Shown here in pieces: positions 1 through 10,952 of a DNA stretch of 64,000 nt (its first letter is position 1; each line of letters opens with the position of its first letter). The DNA comes from Oikopleura dioica (lineage: Eukaryota; Animalia; Chordata): the NCBI GenBank assembly GCA_907165135.1, contig OU015567.1, positions 4,898,001 to 4,962,000 on the forward strand, in the 5' to 3' direction. Below the pieces are notes generated by a model. That model made no database searches. It was not told the DNA's origin and was given only the letters and a program-made list of their open reading frames with translations. The translations under genes were made by a program, and so were the position numbers.

Positions 1-440
1 CTGTGAAACACACAAAATTGAAAGAGAAGAAGAGAAAGCTAAGAGAAAGATTGTTAATAATTTTCGATACCAGTGACAGGTATACTAAATATATATATTT
101 ATTCTTAAAATTATATAAGACGCTTGTTAATTGCAGAAAAAATCAAAAACAGAAGAAATCCTGCCAACGACTGACTCCAAAGAAAGTAGAATTCAAACGA
201 AGACAGAAGGTATGCTTTAAAGACTTCCCCCACGGTTTTGGCCTAGATGGGCCTCGCGCAGAAAAAAATTCTGAAAAAACAGTATGTTCGGTGGTCCTTC
301 TTATACTTATTTATTATAATTATCGTTTGACTTATTTTTTAAACAGATATATCTATTACAAGTCTAAAATTATAAAAGGGAATTTAGGCCATTATAATTC
401 CCTCATTTTACATTTTTCCGTAAATCGGAATAGCGCGGAC

Positions 441-1656
441 CAGAGTTACAAATTTTGTGAGCTAGCTGAGGTGAGCTATATGAGCTAGATGAGCTACAGC
501 TCAGCTCAGCTCAGCTCAGCGATTTCGAGGTGAGGGTCAGCTCAGCTCAGCTCAGCTTAATTTTTCTGAAGAAAGCAAGCTCAACTCAGCTCAATGGTTC
601 TTCGAGAAAAGTCAGCTCAGCTCAGCTAGCTCAATTTTAACCTCGACTTAGCTAGCCCAGCTCAGCTCAGCTTGAAAAAATTGTCAGCTCAGCTCAGCAA
701 GCTCAGATTGAAAAATCATCAGCTCAGCTCAGCTCAAGAACTAACAGATAAACCCCAGCTTAGCTCAGCTCAATTTTTTCGGCAAAATCCAGCTCAGCTC
801 AGCTCAGCTCAGTTGTTTTCAAAGGGGTCAGCTCAGCTCAGTTCAGCTTAAAAAAATTGTCAGCTCAGCTCAGCTCAAAAATTTTCAGATAAGCCCAAGC
901 TCAGCTCAGCTCAGATGCTTTACAAGGGGGCCAGCTCAGCTCAGCTCAGCTCAATGGTTCTTCGAGAAAAGTCAGATCAGCTCAGCTAGCTCAATTTTAA
1001 CCTCAACTCAGCTAGCTCAGCTCAGCTCAGCTTGAAAAAATTGTAAGCTCAGCTCAGCTAGCTCAGTTTGAAAAATCATCAGCTCAGCTCAAAAACTAAC
1101 AGATAAACCTCAGCTCAGCTCAGCTCAAATTTTTCGAAATAATCCAGCTCAGCTCAGCTCAGCTCAGTTGTTTTCAAAGGGGTCAGCTCAGCTCAGTTCA
1201 GCTTAAAAATTGTCAGCTCAGCTCAGCTCAAAAATTTTCAAATTAGCCCAAGCTCAGCTCAGCTCAGCTCATTTTTTCGAAAAATCCAGCTCAGCTCAGT
1301 TGCTTTTCAAGGGGCCAGCTCAGCTCAGCTCAGCTTAAAAAAATTGTCAGCTCAGCTCAGCTCAAAAATTTTCAAATTAGCCCAAGCTCAGCTCAGCTCA
1401 GCTCATTTTTTTCGAAAAAATTCAGCTCAGCTCAGTTGCTTTTCAAGGGGCCAGCTCAGCTCAGTTCAGCTTAAAAAAATTGTCAGCTCAGCTTAGCTCA
1501 AAAATTTTCAAATTAGCCCAAGCTCAGCTCAGCTCAGTTCATTTTTTCGAAAAATCCAGCTCAGCTCAGTTGCTTTTCAAGGGGCCAGCTCAGCTCAATT
1601 TCGACCACAGCTCAGCTAGCTCAGCTCACAAAAATTTTCAAAAATCTGCAACTCTG
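441..1656. mobile_element. Non-autonomous hAT-type element filled with (AGCTC)n arrays
   Basis: TIRs CAGAGTTACAAATTTT (441-456) and AAAATCTGCAACTCTG (1641-1656) match at 14/16. The 8-bp flanks GCGCGGAC (433-440) and GCTCGGAC (1657-1664) match at 7/8. The interior is AGCTC pentamer runs separated by short unique linkers, repeated as higher-order blocks. Confidence 0.8.
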
Positions 1657-1714
1657 GCTCGGACCGAGAATTAAGATCACTTACGTTCGTTACACCTTTA
1701 ATAGGGATGAACCT

Positions 1715-2072
1715 GAAATTGTCAACAAGGCAATCAAGGCCATCACGGCCAGCATGGCCATCAAGGCCATCGACCCGACCAAAAACTCGACCTAGTCGGA
1801 AATGGTGGGGTTTATATTGGCACCGAACGATCCTACCATGGATTTTTTTGATTTGATCGGTGGTGGGGTTTGGTCGGTGGGTGGTCGGCTTAAGTCGGTT
1901 TCTTTGTGTTTTTCGTTTTGACCGATTTTTTTCATTTCTCTCTGGCGATAAAAGAAAAAGAGATTGTCGACAAGGCCATCAAGGACATCATGGCCATCGA
2001 GGCTATAAAGACCATTTTAGAAATCAGCAAAAGTCCCTATAACCTGAATTCAACAACGCCCTCAAGGCCATC
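1715..2072 (+). repeat. Imperfect CAAGGCCAT(C) repeats in two related blocks
   Basis: gaaattgtcaacaaggcaatcaaggccatc... at about 1715-1770 and gagattgtcgacaaggccatcaaggacatc... at about 1960-2012. A further caaggccatc lies at 2063-2072. Confidence 0.55.
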
Positions 2073-2192
2073 AATTCTAGAAAGTTGCGGGTTTCCTTTA
2101 AGACAGGCGCGGAGCGCACACCCGCTTTTTCTGCTTTCTGATCGTTGATTATTGCTTCAAAAGTATAAAAATTGATCTGCTTAGTTAAAACC

Positions 2193-3095
2193 ATGGATGC
2201 TCGAAAACAATACCTTGGAAAAATCCCACGATTCCTTAATTCCTTCGAAGTGTCAAATGATGGCTCGGGGACCATGGCGAATCTTACCTTTATGATGTCT
2301 CGTGTCGTGCAAAGCCAACTCCCTGAGTTTGCTCCAAAGCAAATGTACAGGGCATTAGAAGATATATTGGAAAGAACCGAAGCCACTATGACTGTCGAGT
2401 CGTTTTTCGTTTTCCATTTTCAGGGCGGGCCTGTCATAAATTGCTCTTTTGAATGTGCGGTACCGCTTATCATATGAATTTTCGATTATAATCGGGATCA
2501 TGGCTGTCGAATTCGCGTCCTATGATCTGTCAAAAAAAATTTTAGTGTGCGAATTAATATTTACGCGTCGTTTTTCTATCTTTCGCGTTCGTCTCGTTCA
2601 ATCATCTTCAGAAAGCTTTAGAAAAAAGATAATAGAAGTAAGCGCTTTAAAAGTCTCCAAAATTTCTCTAAAAATTAATTCTTTTTCTTTTCGAGTGACG
2701 ACAGTTATCAAATAACCAGCTCTGATCTAGACGATCGAGAAATTGCAAAATTTATGGTTAAGAGGCCTCTTGAGCTTGCTGTTATATTTAAGACGATCTC
2801 TTCGAAAGAATGGCTCAGATTAAAAGCTGAACGATTGGTTAAAAGTTTTTTCTTCCAAAAACTTGACAAGCCTTCAAATTGGAATCAAATATCTAAAGAA
2901 ACAATAGATGTTTTGGAAATGACGAGGTGTTTAGACTACAGAATATATCAACTTCATCGTGCATATGATGAGCTACGTCTCCAACAAAGAATAAGACGAT
3001 CTTACAATCAAGGTGGACGACATCAGGGTTATTACGAATTACTGTGTGGAAAATTTGTCTCTCTCACATCGTTGTTTCCAAAAAACTTGTGGTAA
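2193..3095 (+). CDS. Uncharacterised, probably intron-split coding segments
   Basis: ORF segments 2172-2477 and 2754-3095 have protein-like composition. No family recognised. Confidence 0.25.
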
Positions 3096-3292
3096 AATCG
3101 AATTATATGATGTGGAGTTCATTTTTCTTTTTTAAGTCGTCGTCGTGGATGAGAAGTTCTGTTATGATGTCAATGTTCTACGATGTTTATCCTTTTCTTT
3201 CACTCTTTCCTTATTTTTTACGTGATTGTTACCCTTAAGCAATTTGTTCGATAAAATCTTGGATAAGGATTAATTGTTAAAGTATTTAGACG

Positions 3293-4531
3293 ATGTCCGA
3301 GTTTGGCGTCTCTATGATGCCTGTTGAACCACCACCAGATGATTTATGCGCACTTGGTCCAGCGCCAAGCGTCATGAATATCGATTCTATTGATGCTGTG
3401 TCTAACTATGACTTTGACCCCAATGAAGCTCCTGTTAATCTTCTTCAAGTACCAAGGTTTTTATTCGTTCAAGATTGATTGAATTAAAGTTAATTTTGCA
3501 TTTCAGTGTTCTTGATCTCGAGAGACTTGATAATCTAAATGAACCGCTTGGCACAGCTCCGTCAATTCTTAATATTGACACCATTTCTGTTTATTCCCAC
3601 GATGAGGTTCAGGCGAATAACTCTGAACTGACTGATTTAACGGAGGTTTTTATGGTCGAGTTCCAAGTGTGATGAATCTTGACCAGGGTTTCGAAAAATT
3701 GGCAGCCATGCGGCGGCGAGGATTTATTCATACTCCGCGCGCCCTTCGCTTACGGCCTCCATTCATTTTTCGAATCCACGCTCTGGCGGCAAAGCCAGCC
3801 GCTGGCCGCTGGATTCCACTGGAGACCGAATTTCAGCCTCGGATAATGTAAAATTCGGACTGGGTCGCGTTAACGCAAGATGAATCACCAAGTGGCCGCT
3901 GAACCCTGGCGGCCAGCGGAGGTGGGTCTCTAAGAGGTGGAAACCAAAAGAGTATGAGTGGGTTGTGGCTGCCGCCTGGCCTCGTATTTTTCGAGACCCT
4001 GATCTTGACCATATAAACACAATGAACGAATGCGTTCCAAGTGTACCGTCTTCATCAGATTTCGACATAATGAACGGATGCGTTCCAAGTGTACCATCTT
4101 CATCAGATTTCGACATAATGAACGAACGAGCGCCTTCTGTGCCAGATATAAGTTCTCTTACGATTGATGAGGATTCAGAAATTCAATTATCGACGTCTTC
4201 AGTGAATGAATTAGGAGCGGAAGCAGATTGCTCTTCGCACCTGCAAAGTTATGGTCATGAAAATGTGAGTGAGGATATACAAGATTCCGACTACACTTAC
4301 AATCATGTCAACGGGACAGAAATTCAAAATTCGATGGACACACCGGAGAATCAATATCTGCAAGATCACGAAGAAACGATGGAAATGATAAAACAATCGC
4401 AAAATGGTCACCTTGAGGCGCTTACGAAAACTGAAAATGTCACACGATCACGCTTCCAAAAATCGCACGCAAACCAAGCACTCATAGACCAAGTCTTCTT
4501 GAGTGCAGTCGGACGAAGAATTTTCCATTAA
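3293..4531 (+). CDS. Acidic protein segment with repeated (A/V)PS(V/I)(M/L)N(I/L)D and MNECVPSVPSSSDFDI motifs, interrupted by a MITE; possibly the 5' part of the transposase gene
   Basis: The motifs APSVMNID, APSILNID and VPSVMNLD recur across ORF pieces. The frame link near 3640-3670 could not be resolved by eye. Confidence 0.4.
3684..4001. mobile_element. hAT-type MITE, 318 bp
   Basis: TIRs CAGGGTTTCGAAAAAT and ATTTTTCGAGACCCTG. Perfect 8-bp TSD ATCTTGAC at 3676-3683 and 4002-4009. GC-rich interior with GGCGGC/GCCGCT motifs. Confidence 0.9.
4021..4128 (+). repeat. 48-bp coding tandem repeat (about 2.2 copies)
   Basis: Units at 4021-4068 and 4069-4116 differ at 2 positions and encode MN(E/G)CVPSVPSSSDFDI. 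Confidence 0.9.
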
Positions 4532-5150
4532 CCAGAACAAATTCTTCAACTCGTTCCCTAAGAAACGCGTTCAAGAAAGAATCAAAAGCAAAAACAACAG
4601 GCTTAAGGCAAGCTCTGGCAAGAAGTAGGCTCCGCGAGATCGCCGCATCGGTCGAAATCACCGATCAACGGTCTGCAGACTCTCTAAGAGAGCTTAGTTT
4701 TCTATCAATGACTGATAAACTTGCCACGAAAATAATCAATGATGTGACAAAGATAATATCGTCAAAGAAAAAGTCAAAATTAGGTGATATTCTCTCAAAG
4801 GTATAATCGTTTTTTTTTAAGAATTTTCTAACATTCTTAAGCTGAAATCTTCTCCCGCTTTTACGGCGAAAGAAGCAGAAAAACTTTTTGCAAAGTTTTT
4901 AGTTAAAGAGCTTAATACAAAAAGGGTGGTAGGCGGCCTTTTGAACAGACCTTCAAAGAATGAAAAATATTTTACCTAAAAATTTTTCTATCTTTACTTG
5001 TCTGCCCAAACGACCGCTTACAACCCAATAGATACAATGGACCGACGTCTCGTCCATCGATTAAATTGTCCAATTATAAAGGTGATGGGTCCTAGCAGCG
5101 CTCAGGCCCGACCGTTCAGAGTATCATTTCAAAATCTCGATAGAGATCTC

Positions 5151-5220
5151 GGCGAGTTGATCCAGTGGTAGCACACCCCGGCCGGACGCGGGAAACCGTT
5201 GTTCAATCCCAGGACTTGTC
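5151..5220 (+). pseudogene. tRNA-derived sequence (tRNA-Gly-like spacing); pseudo-tRNA or SINE head
   Basis: A-box TGATCCAGTGG and B-box GTTCAATCC. The ends GGCGAGT/ACTTGTC pair as an acceptor stem with 2 G:U. Followed by TTTTT. The D, anticodon and T stems are broken. Confidence 0.65.
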
Positions 5221-5239
5221 TAGCTTTTTAGCTTGAGCG

Positions 5240-8200
5240 CTGTTAAAATCCATCAAAGGATACTCTTGTTGTCGTAAATGTGGAAATAATTTTCCAACAT
5301 CTTCTACTGCCTCAGCATTTCATGATCATGTTAAAATATGCTCTGGTCGAGTCTGCACAGGAAAGATAATAATTATCAGGATTGTCTAAGTATGCTGTGT
5401 TCTTATCAAAAATAAGATTGCAAAAAGCACTTTTCTTCTTTGGATTTATACAATAATCACCTTGGTAACTGTACGGCTTCCGTCACAAGCAAAGACTATG
5501 ATGTGAAGCTATTGAAGAGAAAAGATGCCTACAAATGCTGTGGAAGTCGTCCAACAAAACAGAATGGCCGGGTAAAACGACAGCATGAGATCAGACAATG
5601 CGTTTTGCCAACCTGCTTTATATGCTGCCAGAGGATCCCATTAGAGCATATTGAAGACCACGTGAGTAATCACAAAGATGACTTCGGCTCCGGTCTAGTT
5701 CAAGCTGTTAGAGAAGAACCTGTCAGGGTGCAAAAATCATCTGAAGAGCCTTATCTTCTTGAAAATCAAGAGGCACCGCATTCATCAAAAAATTTGCCTA
5801 CAGTGTTAACGAAAAATGTCGAGGCAAGTGAGCAGATGCTTTTTATGCCTCAAGAAGTCGGGATTCTATCAAAATCAACGATAGAGCATTTGGATGCTGA
5901 CGTTCGTCTCGAAAAAATATCACGCGCCTCTAGAGAAGAGGAAGGAAGTGTTGAACAGAACCAAGAGCAGGAACTAAACATTCAGCCTCGCTCTATTCTT
6001 AAAAAGAATAAAACGACGAATTCTGAGGAAGATGACTCTGATCCTGATTGGATAGATGAAAATCCCGCTGAGCGGCTTGAACTTGAAAAAGAAAACTTGA
6101 TAGGTGCACTTGAAGAAATTGCCAGTACATCTTCCGTTCCAAGTATTTTGGAAGCTCTGTCAACTTTGAAAACAACCGAGGAAATTAAAAGTGAAATGCA
6201 AAACCTGAGTGAGCAGAATCAAAATACTCTCATCAAAATGCAGCTTTTACCAAGGTTTGTGAAGAGAAAATTTTATAAAAGAATAGAACAATTTATAAAA
6301 GATTATAATTCTAGTGAAATAATGAAAAATATGCTTGACAAATCAACTTGGAAAAATGAGAACGTGATTTTAAAAGCGGTATTAAAAGAAAATAATTCGC
6401 AAGAAAGAATTCATGTTCTTTCCTCGACATTTGGAATTAAGGACCGGTCAAAAAGTCCAAAACAATATTGATAGAGTAAATGGAAAAACACCCTATTATA
6501 AATATCGGAAAGTTGAGCGACCTCGCTTTAGAAAAAGAAACTGAAGAAGCTTGCAGATGAAAAAGAATCTGGGGAAAATTATGCCAATTTCAATCAGATC
6601 AAATCCGCGAATATTTCATTAGATTGGATTATAAAATTAATGAATTTTACGATCTCCATCATGTCTATAATCCTATATTTGTTTCGGCAATAGACGCATT
6701 TCTTGACGAGAGAGCTTTCATTGATCCGAGTCAAAAGAAAGCAACTCTAAGGGAATCCTTAATTCTTGACCGCACTGTCTTGAAATATCTTCGTGAAAAA
6801 TGTGATACGCGAACCCATAAAATTGACTTGCTACGACCAACGACTCAGTCTCTGACCACTTCGAGAAGAATACTGAAAAAAACTCTTGAAGAACTTCACG
6901 CTGAATTTATTAGTGAATATCCACAGCTTACACACCTAACTTTGAAGGAGTTCAAAAGTATGACTCCATTTTACTACATTCCGCCCTCACGTACAACGCA
7001 AGTTGTATGCGCCTGCGAGATAGGGTCTTAAATCGTGAATTATTATAAATTTATTGTCACTGTAATGGAAATCACACCATGATATGATTAAGACCATTTA
7101 TTAGTCCTGCCTTAACAAGGGAACTTATGAGAAGGCTGCGCAGAGCCTTGGAAAGAAATTAGGACAGGAGACTCTTTTCTTAGATATCACAGTTCATCGC
7201 AGAATCCGTTAACAGGTCCTAACAAGATCTTGAGGATAAAAAAGCCCCCCTCCATAAGACGTTCCCGCATTGGCAGGCTTCAATTTCAAAGAAATCTTGG
7301 AAAGGAGCACCTGTGCAACAACGGACAAACAATATTGTGTCACTGATCGTAAAAAGAAGACAAGTTGCTTTGTTCACCCAAAAAATTCAACATCCTGCAG
7401 CGACTGCACTCACAAGAGTTGCGTTGGTCCGGATGAATTTATGGAAGACTTTGATCGAGAAATATTCGAAAAAGTCGTACAAATGCATCCTGACGAGACC
7501 GTTGCCTTTGACAGATTCGAACTCCTCAAAGCTGGAGTTAAAGCTGAGACAGCTTTTGTTTCTGGTAGCGAAACTCGCGGTAAAATGCCAATACGGCAAT
7601 TCTTCGATCAGCTTAAAAGTATGACGAGAGAAACACTTGCCCATAGCATCGACAAGAGCAGAAATAAAGAAGATCTTAAAGTATATGAACATGGAGATGT
7701 TAAGCCAGGGAGTCTTCATCTTGAGCCGAGGGTCTTAAATTGTATCGAATGAATACGTCAAGTGTGTCTATAAGCAAGAACTTTCTGAGACCCGTGGAAA
7801 GCTTGACTACGCCTCGACGTTTGTTCTTCAAAATAATACTGCGTCACAGTTCGGGATCAGAAAATTCATTAATTTCGCTTGGCTTGTTTACATGAACCCT
7901 AAAAATAGCATGAATATCTTCAAGCCGGGCGCCTTGGATTGAATTGTAACGTTTTAACGGCGGTCGCTCGATGGAATGAAAACGAAATACAAAAAATGCA
8001 ATACTTTCATTTTCTTATGGAGAAGAAATTTGCCGGAGCGCCGATTGAGGCGGAAAAAATGATTGTTGAAAATTTTAAAAATCGAAACATAAATTTCACA
8101 GTCATTAACAGGATTTCTGAAAGGGTTCGAAAGGGTTAAAATTTGCATTTTAATGTTGACGATAATTCCATTATGGCTCGTCGGTAGGTAATGGTCTATT

Positions 8201-8936
8201 TCGATCTTGCGGATTTATAAGATCTTTGAATTTCCCGAACCCTGTTTTACATAATGCGAGCTCTGAATTCAAATCGAGGGAACATTTTCACCATGCCATT
8301 TCAAATAACGATGGCCTGCGGAGAACTTATATTTTCAAAACCAGCCGCCATGGAAAAGGTATTTTTTCCGCGAAACTAATTCTAGAATTCTGAGGCCTCG
8401 TCGATGGCGCCCATAGTCACTGCGCTACCACGATAAAAAATGCGAAACTTGTAAATCGCTGTGGTACTCTTGATGAATGCCTCGGATTCTTGAAGGAAAA
8501 TGAGCAGAAGCTGCGGACAGAAGAAAAAGAAAAACGCGCAAAACAAAATTTTGCTGGGCGAGAATATGCCATTCTCAAGAATAAAAATGAAGAGACCACG
8601 AAATCTTCCGTAAATCTCAACATACCGTCAATTAAATCGATTCGTATGATAAACTTCGACGCAGCAAGAGGAGCTCTTTATGCAAAAGACATAGTCTGCA
8701 GCTGCGATCTCTGTTCCAGTGGAAAAATTAGTCTCTGTGTTCGAAATTCTGGAAACACATTTTCCAGAAAAATCGGACAGAAAGACGGAACAATAATTAT
8801 TGATAATAAAAATCAGCCTCAAAGAAGACCCGTCAATCTTCGAGAATTATCAAACAAACAAACAATCAGCGATTACGTCTACTCTGCAACAGATATTCAA
8901 GCTCAGTTAAGGGTTTTAACGACCGAACGTCATTAA
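5240..8936 (+). mobile_element. Intron-split DNA transposase with N-terminal Cys/His fingers, HGKG-type (probably Sola2-like)
   Basis: RRILKKTLEELHAEFISEYP...EFKSMTP...VVCACE (6624-7031). NASSEFKSR...FKTSRHGK|GLVDG across an intron at about 8360-8395. LYAKDIVCSCDLCSSGKISLC. Fingers CRKC...HDHVKIC (about 5270-5340) and CFICC...HVSNH. These match my recollection of SDG..QYKN..HGKGPCDG transposases. No element termini found. Confidence 0.65.
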
Positions 8937-9150
8937 CTAAAACAGGGCTATATGCTCTAGAGAACCCTGATTAAGATTGCGCTCTTAAGATTAGAAAATA
9001 CAAATAAAACAGTCAGTATCCTCTACCCTGTGGCCCGCCAAAGGTGTGACTCTAGAGCTTTAAAACCTAATTTTCTGTTTTTCTTAAGCGAAATATCAAA
9101 ATCTTCTCTGAAAGCGGAAATTTCCAAAGTCCGGGGTCAAAATCGTTATC

Positions 9151-9612
9151 TTGTCCGAATTTAAAATTCGAGAAACAGATTTTTGCTCATATCCTACATC
9201 TTCCGTCGGAAACATGACTCAAGGCACTTATAATGACCCAAGCCTTAAGAAACGAAAAAAAATTTGTGCACCATTATTGCTGTCATCAAAAGATGAAAAC
9301 CACGCGGCACTCTTGATCGTTAATGTCAAATCTCGCTCAGTTACTGTCTATGATACAAATGGGGCTATTGGAAATTATCAAAACGCCATTGATAGTTCGA
9401 AAAAAAAACTTCTTGATACTATTGGAAAAATTCTGAATGATCAGGGCCCTTGGAAGAAAAAACGCGAAAATGTTCCGCAAACGAATCGTGATTGCGCGGT
9501 CTATGTGCTCAACAGGTTAAAAAAAATCTTTAAAATTATTTGTTGCTTAAAATTATTTATAAAAATTATTAAAGAATTGAGCAAGAATTCAAAGCTGGAA
9601 CACCAGAAATAA
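9151..9612 (+). CDS. Ulp1/SENP-like (C48) cysteine protease domain, directly downstream of the transposase on the same strand
   Basis: ICAPLL...NHAALLIVNVKSRSVTVYDT...W...VPQTNRDCAVYV gives His, Asp, oxyanion Gln and Cys in C48 order. Confidence 0.7.
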   Translation: MSEFKIRETDFCSYPTSSVGNMTQGTYNDPSLKKRKKICAPLLLSSKDENHAALLIVNVKSRSVTVYDTNGAIGNYQNAIDSSKKKLLDTIGKILNDQGPWKKKRENVPQTNRDCAVYVLNRLKKIFKIICCLKLFIKIIKELSKNSKLEHQK

Positions 9613-10180
9613 CATCGTCGAATATTCTTGAGATCAAGGAAAATCAACTCAAAAAAATTAAGTATGGCAATATTAATAAATACAGTTCATAAATTTAAGT
9701 CATTGGGTGTGCAATAAAACAACTCCATCAAAAAGAGTCGCACAGCATTCAAGTGAAGTCAATGCTGAATCGAAAAGAGTCCGTTTTTCCTGATCTGGAA
9801 ATATCACGATTACATTTTTTTTCCTCGTTGTTAAATACAAATATTCCTAATTGTTAATTCTTGTTTTTGAAATTCTCTTTTCTGTGAGTAAAAGAAAGGC
9901 AAAAGAAAGAAGAAATCAAATCATTGAATTCAGAATGCTTATAATTTTTTTTATTGCCCGTGTGACTATAAAATAAAACAGCCATTCTTCAATCAAATCC
10001 TGAAACACAGAAGATATTTAATATTTATCATCGATTCAAACTGTCTGTATGTTCTCATAACGGAACATGGGTGATGCCTCGACACAGGTCAGAAAAATGA
10101 GCGCAATATCTATGTTAGAAAAATGGAAAACTAGTTAATTGAAAAATTGTTTTCTCCATCTTAAGCGTAAAATATAAGAT

Positions 10181-10553
10181 CGGCTGCCCGTTTAGCGCCC
10201 CGTCGTTATCTATTTTTCAGAGACCCGTCTAATCTGAACGATGAATTATATTCTTCGATTTTGTAGAGCTCCGACTTCTTCACTTTTAGTCTTCTATTTC
10301 ACTTCTACTTTCCTTTTATTTCTAGTCTGAGTTTCAAAATAAATCTTTAGATTTTTATAGAGGGCTTTGAAAGAGTCGCTCTCATTCCGAGACTTTGACC
10401 AAGTTATCCCATTTTGATATTTTCAAATTGTTTGTATAAAAGAATAGGCTTTGATGATCATAAAGCAAAAATAATAAAGATAAAATCATTTACCGTTCAG
10501 ATTTGACGGGTCTCTGAAAAAACGGTCATGGCGGGGCGCTAAACGGGCAGCCG
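10181..10553. mobile_element. MITE with about 60-bp terminal inverted repeats
   Basis: CGGCTGCCCGTTTAGCGCCCCG...TTTTTCAGAGACCCGTCTAATCTGAACG is mirrored by CGTTCAGATTTGACGGGTCTCTGAAAAA...CGGGGCGCTAAACGGGCAGCCG. No clear TSD. Confidence 0.8.
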
Positions 10554-10857
10554 CGCTCAGCCGATGTTCTATCCATAATATCCATGTTCTATCCTTAATA
10601 TCATACATTAGTTATGGAGTCTTTATGGTTCAAAGGGCATGAACGAGAGTGCTGGCGCCGACCATGTTTCTTCGGATACGAAAAAACAAATTTCCTTCTC
10701 GGAGATTCACAGGACTGTTTGAATATAAAAAGATGATAGAACAGTTAGGTCTACGCGGAAAAAATACTTTAATGGGGGCGTCCTTATGGAGAGATAATTT
10801 TGAACACATTTTCTTAAAGCTCTTGATATGCCTGTTCAGAATCGCGAATAAACATCA

Positions 10858-10952
10858 TATCGGGGGTATTGGGAATTCGAGAAAAATTCGATTTTATGGT
10901 TTGTGGGCCTCTTTTCGGCGGCCATCATATCTATATCCCGATGCCCCCGATA
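10858..10952. repeat. Small hairpin element or MITE remnant
   Basis: TATCGGGGGTATTGGGA ... TCCCGATGCCCCCGATA inverted arms. Confidence 0.55.

Noticed and set aside
466-1640. AGCTC runs separated by unique linkers look superficially like a CRISPR array or telomeric tract
   Set aside because: Repeat length and number vary, the linkers themselves recur, there are no cas genes, the context is eukaryotic, and the array is bounded by TIRs and an 8-bp TSD.
1480-1674. 64-aa ORF rich in AQLSS
   Set aside because: Translation of the pentamer repeat inside a MITE.
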